Positions 37,710 through 45,080 of a DNA stretch of 45,080 bases are shown here, one piece after another. The stretch is from a virus. Its lineage: Duplodnaviria > Heunggongvirae > Uroviricota > Caudoviricetes. The notes below the pieces were generated by a model. It saw only the letters and a program-made list of their open reading frames with translations, had not been told where the DNA came from and did not search any database. The position numbers and the translations under genes were made by a program. The stretch lies in the IMG/VR virus record IMGVR_UViG_3300045988_006100, positions 1-45,080 of that record. One strand, written 5' to 3'. The number at the start of each line of letters is the position of its first letter. Position 1 is the stretch's first letter.

Positions 37710-37913
37710 ATGTATGCAATTTGCGAAGTAGTTCAAGAGTTCGATGAAGAGTTCGACGGTGACTTGTGCCGTGTTAAAAAGGTTCTGCAGGTTTTCCCTG
37801 ACGCAATGTCTGCTTACAAGGCATTAGATGTATTTGAACCTGGAAGATACGGGGATTATGACACTGTTCTGAGGGTCGTCCACGAGCAGGATTTAAACAC
37901 AAGATTCCGTTGA
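37710..37913 (+). CDS. hypothetical acidic protein
   Basis: 67 aa; strong SD AGGAGGTGA; isolated + gene followed by strong terminator. Confidence 0.5.
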   Translation: MYAICEVVQEFDEEFDGDLCRVKKVLQVFPDAMSAYKALDVFEPGRYGDYDTVLRVVHEQDLNTRFR

Positions 37914-37918
37914 AAACT

Positions 37919-37944
37919 AAGGCCCCTTAATGGGGCCTTTTATC
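37919..37944. terminator. bidirectional rho-independent terminator
   Basis: AAGGCCCC-TTAA-TGGGGCCTT hairpin with TTTTAT tail. Confidence 0.75.
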
Positions 37945-38404
37945 ATTCGGGCTTAGTGACCTTCGCAGCTTTACTGACAGCCTCTACACCATCAGCATCG
38001 GTAACTTTAACGAAGTATTCACCCACTGCGTTAACCGTCAAGGAAAGTGCCTCTTCCGGGGCGTTGACAACTTCCTTACCGTCTTTGTACCAGGTCAGTG
38101 CATACGGCGCTTCACCTGCTTTAACTTCGACAGTGATAGTCGCGCTGCCGTCGGCCAGTTCAGCGTCTTTTGGTTGCACAGAGAAATACACATCGCCTGC
38201 GTCCGCCAGATACGGAATCTCATAGAGCATACCGGCCGCAGGCAGCGCAATGCCGGTTTTATCCGCAAACGGCATGTCGTCTACCGGTGTACCCAGTACA
38301 CTTTCATCCTCAATAAACACCACGTTCTCACCAGAGCCAGACACCCGAGCGTACTGGACTACGCGACGTGACGGCACATCAGTTACTTTGAAAAAGCCCA
38401 TCAT
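37943..38404 (-). CDS. Ig-like domain protein
   Basis: C-terminal LTWYKDGKEV...GEYFVKVTDADG Ig-like pattern; ATGA overlap with MuF-like gene. Confidence 0.5.
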   Translation of the reverse strand: MMGFFKVTDVPSRRVVQYARVSGSGENVVFIEDESVLGTPVDDMPFADKTGIALPAAGMLYEIPYLADAGDVYFSVQPKDAELADGSATITVEVKAGEAPYALTWYKDGKEVVNAPEEALSLTVNAVGEYFVKVTDADGVEAVSKAAKVTKPE

Positions 38405-40374
38405 TAATCCCCTTTCAGATAATCAGCAACACGTTTATCGAGTTCCGCCATCTGCTTAAGCGTGAGCGGATTCCCGAAACCATCTACAGATATTACGCGA
38501 AACTCTTCCGGTGATATACCGCTGTTGCGGAAAATCTTACCGCGAACAGGGCCGAGGGCCTGGTCCTGAAACCACGCCGGTTGTTGTTTGAGGAACTCAT
38601 AATACGTGGTGTCTGCGTTTACCTGAGTCCCACCTTCTGCACCCTTAGCCGCTCGTTTCGCGCCTTTATCGAGGAAGTCGAACTCTGAACTGATTACCGG
38701 TGCCGTGCACGATCGACAGTTCGGATGGGCGGGGGGCATTGGACCTTTACCAATTTCCCACGTCATTCCGTCTCTGGCCCTGCAATTCTTGACTATCGCA
38801 CTACCTGCTGTATAATATCCTTGACTACTAGAGAGGGTATAAACATGGCACGTTCTAAACTCGACGCTTATGCGGATGATATTTGTTCTTTGTACCGAGA
38901 TGGCACTCCCGCCAGCATCATAGCCAAGAATTACGGCGTCACTACCACCACGGTAACAACATTTCTCAAGAAGCTCGGACTCATGCATGATCGACCCCGT
39001 GGTTGGGTTTCTAACGACACCATTTTGAATCAAAAAAGGGCTATAGAATTGTTCGAGTCCGGCGTCCCGCCTATTGAGTGCATAAGAAGGACCCAAGTAA
39101 GCAAAACAGTTTTCTATTCTATGGTCAAAACACTTGGCCTCGCTAAGCGCGGGCACACTCACAGGACATTCACCCCGGAGGAGAAAATCGCCAGAGCTAT
39201 CGTCCGACAGCAAAGCGGCGCTATGAATAAGACTGAAACCCTCGCTTTTGAATTGTTTAATTCCGCTGGCGTGGACGTAGTTCCGCAGTTTGCAATCGGC
39301 CCGTACAATGTCGATTTTGCCATTGAGTCCCACTCCATCGCCATAGAAATCTGTTGCCGCGGGACTCGTGCTTACCATTTTCCTGATGGGGAAATCAGCG
39401 AGCGTATTAAAAATATAATCCGCTCTGGCTGGCATGTTTATGTTCTTCACTGTTTCGAGCACAGTCACTTTGTCAACAGTGGTATACAAGACATGCTTAG
39501 TTGGATCGAGTTCATCAAGCGGAGTCCATCCGTATTGCGTGAGTACAGGGTGTTTCGGGGTGCCACTGAACTTCTCGCCGTTGGAAAGTTCGATGGTAAA
39601 GATTTTTCCTGAATAGAGTCCGCGCATTACCGCGTCCATCCCCGCGATGGGCGCTAATTCTGTTTCAGCCGTGAAACACGTTGTACTGGTACGGCTGTCC
39701 AGCGTCGACACCCATTCGTATTTCTCAATGATGTCGTCGTTCTGGCGGTACGTCTCGTTACGGGCTTCGTTGGATACGTGAGACAGTGCAGTACGGATTA
39801 CGGTGGCCGCGTTACGCTCAGAGATGTCCGCCAGTCCGCCAGCGCCTACGACGTTCTTAACAATCTGCCGTGTGGTTTGGCCTTGTACAAAGCCCATCTT
39901 AACGCCGGTTACCAGGCGCGCGACTTCTGTTTCACCCCAACCTGACATCAGCTTGGTGAAATCAACTGGCTTGTCACTTAATGATAAGGGCTGAAACTCG
40001 GCGGCGGCCCACACCTGCTCGGCGGTGGGTGTAACAAATTCCGCATTAACGTTGGTGGTGAGTGCCTTTACGTTCCACTCAGCCTCATACGCCGCCAGTT
40101 CCTTAAGGTCTTCTGTCAGCTTTGTTTGCCAGTCACCCGTAAGCCCCGTCAGAGCTTCTTCAAGGTCACGTAACAATTTATTCAGTCGCGCAGTGCTACG
40201 ACCGTCGTCACCGAATAACAGCACCTGCCGTTTAATTTCGTCACGCATTTCCTGAATGAATGGTGCGAGGTCTTTTACTTCACCGGATGCGGCGCGTTGC
40301 AGCCAAATCTGGTGGCTGATTAGTGATGTCAGTAAGCTCATAGATAAACCCTGTGGCGCTAAAGTTAATAGCAT
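38404..40374 (-). CDS. head morphogenesis protein (Mu F / SPP1 gp7-like) containing an intein
   Basis: 656 aa; after removing residues 233-530 the exteins read DSRTSTT-C-RARDG...PPAHPNCRSC, the MuF signature; located between portal and capsid genes. Confidence 0.7.
   Translation of the reverse strand: MLLTLAPQGLSMSLLTSLISHQIWLQRAASGEVKDLAPFIQEMRDEIKRQVLLFGDDGRSTARLNKLLRDLEEALTGLTGDWQTKLTEDLKELAAYEAEWNVKALTTNVNAEFVTPTAEQVWAAAEFQPLSLSDKPVDFTKLMSGWGETEVARLVTGVKMGFVQGQTTRQIVKNVVGAGGLADISERNAATVIRTALSHVSNEARNETYRQNDDIIEKYEWVSTLDSRTSTTCFTAETELAPIAGMDAVMRGLYSGKIFTIELSNGEKFSGTPKHPVLTQYGWTPLDELDPTKHVLYTTVDKVTVLETVKNINMPARADYIFNTLADFPIRKMVSTSPAATDFYGDGVGLNGKIDIVRADCKLRNYVHASGIKQFKSEGFSLIHSAALLSDDSSGDFLLRGECPVSVPALSEAKCFDHRIENCFAYLGPSYALNRRDAGLEQFYSPFLIQNGVVRNPTTGSIMHESELLEKCCYRGGSDAVILGYDAGGSAISVQRTNIIRISVEFRTCHVYTLSSSQGYYTAGSAIVKNCRARDGMTWEIGKGPMPPAHPNCRSCTAPVISSEFDFLDKGAKRAAKGAEGGTQVNADTTYYEFLKQQPAWFQDQALGPVRGKIFRNSGISPEEFRVISVDGFGNPLTLKQMAELDKRVADYLKGD
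38789..38816 (+). promoter_or_regulatory. near-consensus sigma70 promoter inside intein, antisense to it
   Basis: TTGACT-16 nt-TATAAT, 28 nt upstream of ATG 38845; GAGAGGG RBS at 38831..38837. Confidence 0.55.
38845..39612 (+). CDS. HTH plus Vsr/DUF559-like endonuclease (putative homing endonuclease), antisense within intein
   Basis: 255 aa from ATG 38845; two HTH-like segments (IIAKNYGVTTTTVTTFLKKLGL, IECIRRTQVSKTVFYSMVKTLGL); C-terminal PQFAIGPYNVDFAIE...IAIEI...GWHVYVL matches DUF559/Vsr core pattern. Confidence 0.55.
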   Translation: MARSKLDAYADDICSLYRDGTPASIIAKNYGVTTTTVTTFLKKLGLMHDRPRGWVSNDTILNQKRAIELFESGVPPIECIRRTQVSKTVFYSMVKTLGLAKRGHTHRTFTPEEKIARAIVRQQSGAMNKTETLAFELFNSAGVDVVPQFAIGPYNVDFAIESHSIAIEICCRGTRAYHFPDGEISERIKNIIRSGWHVYVLHCFEHSHFVNSGIQDMLSWIEFIKRSPSVLREYRVFRGATELLAVGKFDGKDFS

Positions 40375-40410
40375 ACTATAAGAAAGCCCCTTTCGGGGCT
40401 ATAGGTGAAC

Positions 40411-41892
40411 TTACTGCTGAGTGGTGTCCTGTTGCTGCGCCGACTGCGGAATCTCTCCCGCTACCTGAGCAACAGAACCCAACGGCAGAGGTGCGTCTTC
40501 AATAGCGTTCTGAATATCCTCATCCGTCCAGTCAGTTACACCCGCCTTGCGCAACGCAGCATAGTAAGCGGTAGCCGGTAACAGTCCCGCGTTAATGTCT
40601 GCCATCCACTGCGCGCGGTCCTGTGCGGTCATCGGTTGCAGGAAGAACTCCATATTCAGCTTGAATTCAATCTCTGTGTCTCCACGTAGTCCTAGCATAG
40701 CCGCCACCCAGCGCAGCGCATCGGTGTAGGCCATGCTTACATTACGTGCAATCGTCGCCATAACGGACGTATCCGCGCCGCGTTGCAGGCGGGCGGATTC
40801 CGCGGTGATTTGCTGAGTCGGGGTGATAAGCTGCGCGCCAATCTGGATTGCCTGGTTCTCTTTATCCAGCATGTTTTGTTTGGCGAGGTTGTTCTCTCCC
40901 GCCTGAACCAGAAACGCATTGCCGCCGTAGCCAATGTTATGGCCTGAGCGCGACCCCATACGCACTCCGTGCGGGTTGGCTTCTTTCCATTGTTCCATGC
41001 TCATGTTCTCACCGGGGGCGATGAACAGAGTAGGCTGGCCTACGACGAAGCTGGACTCCTCATTGTCTGCACTGTTGCGGAAATGCCCAATATTTAGCTC
41101 AGCTAACGGCAGTAAAGGCGCATCGTCTATAGTGGCGTCGTTGTTGCTTGCGCCAATGAACGTGAACGGGATTTTACCGCGCAACTGTTCGCCGAGTTCC
41201 GGGAAGATTTCGATTACTTCATCCTGTGCGCCACCTTCGGCATCGAAGCGGTAGATGCGCTGGCGGTAGCGACCGTCAATCAGGTCAAGGACGCGGTATT
41301 GCTCGCCGAATTTTGTTTCAAACTCAGCGCCTGGTTCCGAGTATTCCCATGCCTCACGCAATACAACCATCGTCACGCGGTTCACTGAACCGATGCGGGT
41401 GAGTCTCCAGTTGATAATGTTCTCCGCGGTATAGAATGCGATTACCGGGTTTAATAATCCCGCGTTCTGCTCTGCCGCCGTTGCTGCGGCTGTTTCCGGG
41501 GCATCCACCAGCAACCCACCGCGTCCTATCGAGTCAATCTCCATTAACGTATCCTGCGCGTGCTGCCACAGCCCTACACCCGAACCGTCAGCGTTGTGCA
41601 ACAGGTACTCAAGTTCAGGCGGGATAATCTGCTCAGGGTCTTTGCGCATCACTGACCCCGTCATCCCCGCCAGGGTACGTTTAGTGAAGTTGTAACAGAT
41701 AGCACCGTTCTCGTATTCTTCCTGGCGCTGGGCTGCGTAGGTCGGGTCAGGTTCGTTCTTCCCGACGTTGCGCAGATAGCGAATAAGGTCGCCTTCCAGC
41801 GCGTGGCGTACCTTCTGCCATTTATCGAAGTGATGCAGCCATTCCCGGTGTTTTGTCTTAACACCCTGATTCTGACCGTTCATAGTTAACAT
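40411..41892 (-). CDS. portal protein
   Basis: 493 aa; between TerL and MuF-like genes. Confidence 0.65.
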   Translation of the reverse strand: MLTMNGQNQGVKTKHREWLHHFDKWQKVRHALEGDLIRYLRNVGKNEPDPTYAAQRQEEYENGAICYNFTKRTLAGMTGSVMRKDPEQIIPPELEYLLHNADGSGVGLWQHAQDTLMEIDSIGRGGLLVDAPETAAATAAEQNAGLLNPVIAFYTAENIINWRLTRIGSVNRVTMVVLREAWEYSEPGAEFETKFGEQYRVLDLIDGRYRQRIYRFDAEGGAQDEVIEIFPELGEQLRGKIPFTFIGASNNDATIDDAPLLPLAELNIGHFRNSADNEESSFVVGQPTLFIAPGENMSMEQWKEANPHGVRMGSRSGHNIGYGGNAFLVQAGENNLAKQNMLDKENQAIQIGAQLITPTQQITAESARLQRGADTSVMATIARNVSMAYTDALRWVAAMLGLRGDTEIEFKLNMEFFLQPMTAQDRAQWMADINAGLLPATAYYAALRKAGVTDWTDEDIQNAIEDAPLPLGSVAQVAGEIPQSAQQQDTTQQ

Positions 41893-41904
41893 TTAATAAT
41901 CCTC

Positions 41905-43155
41905 TTAAAGTGCGAAAGTCACCGGGATGTTGATTACTGGTTTAACCACCGGCATCTCATAAACTACAGGATAGCCGAGAGCATCAGCCATATGGTCAAT
42001 GACGCCGTCTTTAGCCGGCTCTCCGTTATCGTCGTATGCCTGCTGTTCCAGCGTCTTGGCTATCTCAGGACATAAGTGGTCATTAACCCACAGCTTACCT
42101 TTTTCCAGCGCGGTGTTCACGGCTAAAACGCGGTCTTTAACCGGGGGGTTGGCTGATTTAGCGCGAACATCGAAACCCGCCTGCTGGAGTAATGCAATAT
42201 CAGAGATTGACGCCGAGTTTGTCTTACGGTTCTTGCCGCTAGCGTCGGGGTAAACGACGATGCGGTGGCCTTGTGACTTCCACTTCTCGGTAATTACGCG
42301 CACGGTGTCCGGCGTATCGAACAGGCCCTTCAGTTCTGCAACCGCGTGCCATCCATCTTTACGCTGCACATACACGGCGCTGGCGTTCTTCGTAACGTTG
42401 AAGTCCTGCCCGATGTACAGCGTGTCGCCCGGTTGAATTGTCTCTTTGCTGCGGTGCTTGCGTCGGTCGTATGCGTAATACACGCTTCCGGATGTCAGGT
42501 TGACAAACTCACCGTTCAGATACGCGTTAATCAGTTGCGCCGGGTAAGTCTCAGTCAGCGAGCTAATGTAATCCGGCGGCAGGAATCTGGCGTTCTCGTG
42601 AGTGGACGCCTGCACCATTGAGTAACTCGGCGTCGGGTTCTCCTTGAACTTGGCGTAAACGAACTTGAACCCTTCCGGAGTCGTGGTGACGGAGATGTGG
42701 TTAATTACCCCCGGGATAACCAGACGCATGCGGGCTACGATTTTGTTCCACGCCAGCTCGGCTTTCTCACGGCTCAATACGTCCAGCTCATCCACGACCG
42801 CAGCCGCGATTTTGAAGCCGACTATCGAGCCGGGGTTATCCATCGAGCGGCAGATAACAGTTCCGAGCACCGTCTTACCGCGAGTGACCACGACTTCTTT
42901 GTCGCCAGATTTAACCAGCACATCGAGGCCGAGGAGGTTAGCCGCTTCCTCGAATGTCGGGTAGAAGATGTCGCGGATAGCCGGGTAGGTGGGGCCGAAG
43001 TAGCCCAGGCGGGTACCCGGGTTCCGGAGCATGAACGTAAGCAGGTCGAGACAGCCGACAAATGTCTTGCCGCTACCGAAGCCTCCGACATAGGCCTTGT
43101 ATTTGTTATCGCAATTCAGGAACAGTGCCTGTGGTGCGGATAGCTGAATACTCAT
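41905..43155 (-). CDS. terminase large subunit
   Basis: Walker A GGFGSGKTF near N-terminus; 416 aa; ATGA overlap with terS-like gene. Confidence 0.8.
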   Translation of the reverse strand: MSIQLSAPQALFLNCDNKYKAYVGGFGSGKTFVGCLDLLTFMLRNPGTRLGYFGPTYPAIRDIFYPTFEEAANLLGLDVLVKSGDKEVVVTRGKTVLGTVICRSMDNPGSIVGFKIAAAVVDELDVLSREKAELAWNKIVARMRLVIPGVINHISVTTTPEGFKFVYAKFKENPTPSYSMVQASTHENARFLPPDYISSLTETYPAQLINAYLNGEFVNLTSGSVYYAYDRRKHRSKETIQPGDTLYIGQDFNVTKNASAVYVQRKDGWHAVAELKGLFDTPDTVRVITEKWKSQGHRIVVYPDASGKNRKTNSASISDIALLQQAGFDVRAKSANPPVKDRVLAVNTALEKGKLWVNDHLCPEIAKTLEQQAYDDNGEPAKDGVIDHMADALGYPVVYEMPVVKPVINIPVTFAL

Positions 43156-43697
43156 TCCTCTACCTCACCCATGTTCGTTGTTACGATTTTACCTACAGGC
43201 TCCGCAACACTGAAAACAATCTCAGTCGGTGCTGGTTCTTCGGTGGATGCAACCGGTTTCTCTTTGCTGAGGCCCAGTTTCGCGGCAGCAAACGTAGCAG
43301 AGATGCCCGCGGCCCCCGTTTCAGTGAAGTATGCCTCTTCCAGCGCCTGTGCTGTCTCCCAGGCTTCTGCAAATGCGGGAATCTCACGCAGCCAAAGCTT
43401 AATAATAGGGATAGTGACGCCGATGTGTAAGGCGAAGCGGGCCAGTGATGGCGGTTTATCCTGAATCAGCGGGCGTTCGTCACCTTTGGACGTGGGCACA
43501 AGCTCCCACGACGTGCGGTCAAAGAAACGAATCAATTCGTCGCAATAGTCCGGGTCCCACAGCGCAGCGGAATTACGGGATGATTGATAAAGGCTCTGTT
43601 TACCGCGCGGTTGTTTACGGCGACGGTTTGCGCTAACAGCTTCTTCATGTGCAGCTTGCACCACCTCTGGCGATGGCTGCTTAAGTTTCAGCTTCAT
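43152..43697 (-). CDS. terminase small subunit (putative)
   Basis: ATG at 43697 with AAGGGGA SD (ORF open to 43736); HTH-like IGVTIPIIKLWLREIPAFAEA; directly upstream of TerL. Confidence 0.55.
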   Translation of the reverse strand: MKLKLKQPSPEVVQAAHEEAVSANRRRKQPRGKQSLYQSSRNSAALWDPDYCDELIRFFDRTSWELVPTSKGDERPLIQDKPPSLARFALHIGVTIPIIKLWLREIPAFAEAWETAQALEEAYFTETGAAGISATFAAAKLGLSKEKPVASTEEPAPTEIVFSVAEPVGKIVTTNMGEVEE

Positions 43698-43789
43698 AGA
43701 ATCCCCTTGCATATGCGTCTGACCATCAGAGCGCACCAGACGCGCCCTACGCGTCTAAATAGATTATATAAGGGGATTGGGCGGGATGT

Positions 43790-43816
43790 ACAGAAAAGCC
43801 CTCCGTAGAGGGCTTG
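43790..43816 (-). terminator. putative rho-independent terminator
   Basis: AGCCCTC-CGTAG-AGGGCT hairpin with TTTTCT tail on - strand. Confidence 0.5.
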
Positions 43817-43916
43817 TATCAGTTGTATAGGCCGTGTCGTTGCGCTCTTTTACCGTCGCCGCCGTAATGGTCGTTGGCTACGGGAATGGCCCAGGCGTTA
43901 GGGATGATTAGTAGTC

Positions 43917-44099
43917 TCATTTGAAAAACCACAAAAGGATGCCTGCCACGCCTGATACACCCATGCCTAAAAACATAGGCCACCACAGGTAACGAGGGAG
44001 ACTGTTAAACAGAGTCGGTTGTTTTATCAGCACACCGAGAAAGGCCAGCCAAAACACCAGGTCACCAGCAACATTCGTAGCCCTCAAAATCTCAATCAT
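43917..44099 (-). CDS. hypothetical two-TM membrane protein
   Basis: 60 aa, two hydrophobic helices. Confidence 0.4.
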   Translation of the reverse strand: MIEILRATNVAGDLVFWLAFLGVLIKQPTLFNSLPRYLWWPMFLGMGVSGVAGILLWFFK

Positions 44100-44356
44100 T
44101 CTCCACTCTCCTCTTTAGCAATGCGTTGCTCAGTTTTAGTGATACCTCGGCGCGTGAATAACACCGGGCTTGTCTTAACATGTGTCATCAGACGATTGTT
44201 ATAAATTACGTGGCGCTCGCAATCAACGTCTTTGCTGTACTTCGCAATCGTCATTTCGTTGATGCCGGTTTGCCGGCATGTCTCGGCCATCGTGCCGAAT
44301 TCTTTAATCAGGTTCGGAATGCTGGTAATCATCCTAAAAAATTCCTCGTTGTCCAC
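44096..44356 (-). CDS. hypothetical protein, possible HTH
   Basis: 86 aa; ETCRQTGINEMTIAKYSK HTH-like segment. Confidence 0.4.
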   Translation of the reverse strand: MDNEEFFRMITSIPNLIKEFGTMAETCRQTGINEMTIAKYSKDVDCERHVIYNNRLMTHVKTSPVLFTRRGITKTEQRIAKEESGE

Positions 44357-44586
44357 ATCGCATTCGGATATTTGTTATCGCGGTCCTGCACTACGGCAAT
44401 CATGTTACCGCGTTGCACCAGGCAGAAATGCCGTTGTTGCTCGCCGTTGTAGCGACGCCAGATTGCTTCTTCGATTGCCGCGTTAATGTCACTGAACATT
44501 AGTATTTACCCCACAGAAACCCAACCAACAGCCCAATGAAGTAACTAAGACCCACCAGACCGATAACCACCTCGAGACTCATACTC

Positions 44587-44772
44587 TCACCCCGCTATCT
44601 CATCACCAAGCCACGCCGTTTCTCGAATATCGTCAACCACACAAGCGGCGTGCTCACGGCTAATTGCAAAAATGTAGAAGCTAAACTTCTTCCCGTCGGC
44701 GTCGATGTGGTAAACCGAGTATGGCTTCCACAGGACGCCATCGATAACTACTGGTTCAGGCGCTTTAGTCAT
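44587..44772 (-). CDS. hypothetical protein
   Basis: 61 aa; overlapped chain of small leftward genes. Confidence 0.4.
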   Translation of the reverse strand: MTKAPEPVVIDGVLWKPYSVYHIDADGKKFSFYIFAISREHAACVVDDIRETAWLGDEIAG

Positions 44773-45052
44773 AGTCGTACACCATCCAGTTATCGAACAG
44801 CGGGATAGATACCGCGGGGCCGTCGAACGCTAATTCTTCTTCGGTAGCGTAGTAACTTAGTGTCTGCGAACCTTCCTCGTCAAGGAACACTCCTGCGTAT
44901 GCGCTGGGTTCCTGCTTCATAACGCCGAGGAGTATACGGAACGCCTCCAGCTGAAACTCACCGTTAATCGACAGTTGCCCTCCTAACGTCTGTTTCTCCG
45001 ACTCAAGCACCAGAATACGGCGCTCGAGAGATGCGATTGTGATTTTAGGCAT
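44765..45052 (-). CDS. hypothetical protein
   Basis: ATG at 45052 with AAAGGTGA SD (ORF open to GTG 45061); start lies inside the terminal repeat. Confidence 0.45.
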   Translation of the reverse strand: MPKITIASLERRILVLESEKQTLGGQLSINGEFQLEAFRILLGVMKQEPSAYAGVFLDEEGSQTLSYYATEEELAFDGPAVSIPLFDNWMVYDYD

Positions 45053-45080
45053 TGGTGTCACCTTTGTTCAGGTTGAAGCG
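44940..45080. repeat. terminal redundancy, right copy (identical to 1..141)
   Basis: 141 bp identical to window start. Confidence 0.9.

Larger units (their letters stand above)
38785..39678 (-). mobile_element. intein (Hint splicing domain) within MuF-like gene
   Basis: Starts CFTAETEL; block B-like GTPKHPVLTQYGW; ends VYTLSSSQGYYTAGSAIVKN followed by Cys; about 298 codons in frame. Confidence 0.65.

Noticed and set aside
38725-38844. Upstream in-frame ATG (38725) as the start of the intein-embedded endonuclease gene
   Set aside because: No RBS, and it lies upstream of the promoter at 38789..38816; ATG 38845 with GAGAGGG RBS is preferred.
1-45080. CRISPR array or lysogeny module
   Set aside because: No regularly spaced short direct repeats; the XRE regulator is present, but without an integrase or excisionase pair the window does not support a temperate lifestyle call.

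Overview
The window is a complete, circularly permuted genome (unit length about 44,939 bp) of a tailed dsDNA phage with lambda-like siphovirus tail genes; the first 141 bp are repeated exactly at 44940..45080. All calls are from reading the sequence and ORF track by eye; no database search or folding was run, so every motif match is from memory and should be confirmed. Layout: a leftward block of small genes with holin/endolysin (100..4300, - strand); a rightward early/replication block (4914..17996, + strand) with AlpA-like HTH, primase-helicase, XRE regulator, Cas4-like nuclease, SSB-like protein, family A DNA polymerase, VRR-NUC, C5-cytosine methyltransferase, SNF2 helicase and Toprim protein; a leftward tail block (18025..27992); a rightward inserted cassette (28171..30570) with superinfection-immunity protein, metallophosphoesterase, HAD phosphatase and dNMP-kinase-like protein; and a leftward head/packaging block (30599..43697) with major tail protein, capsid, scaffold, Rz/Rz1 spanins, MuF-like head morphogenesis protein, portal, TerL and TerS. 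No tRNA, CRISPR array or integrase was found. Most notable: (1) an intein in the MuF-like gene that carries, on the opposite strand, an independently promoted HTH plus Vsr/DUF559-like endonuclease gene; (2) a C5-methyltransferase whose conserved motifs are split over two reading frames, switching at two GCGCG tracts; (3) two copies of a ~130-bp non-coding element with a compensatory hairpin; (4) a perfect 60-bp inverted repeat 5 kb apart; (5) a seven-member family of conserved promoter/operator elements.
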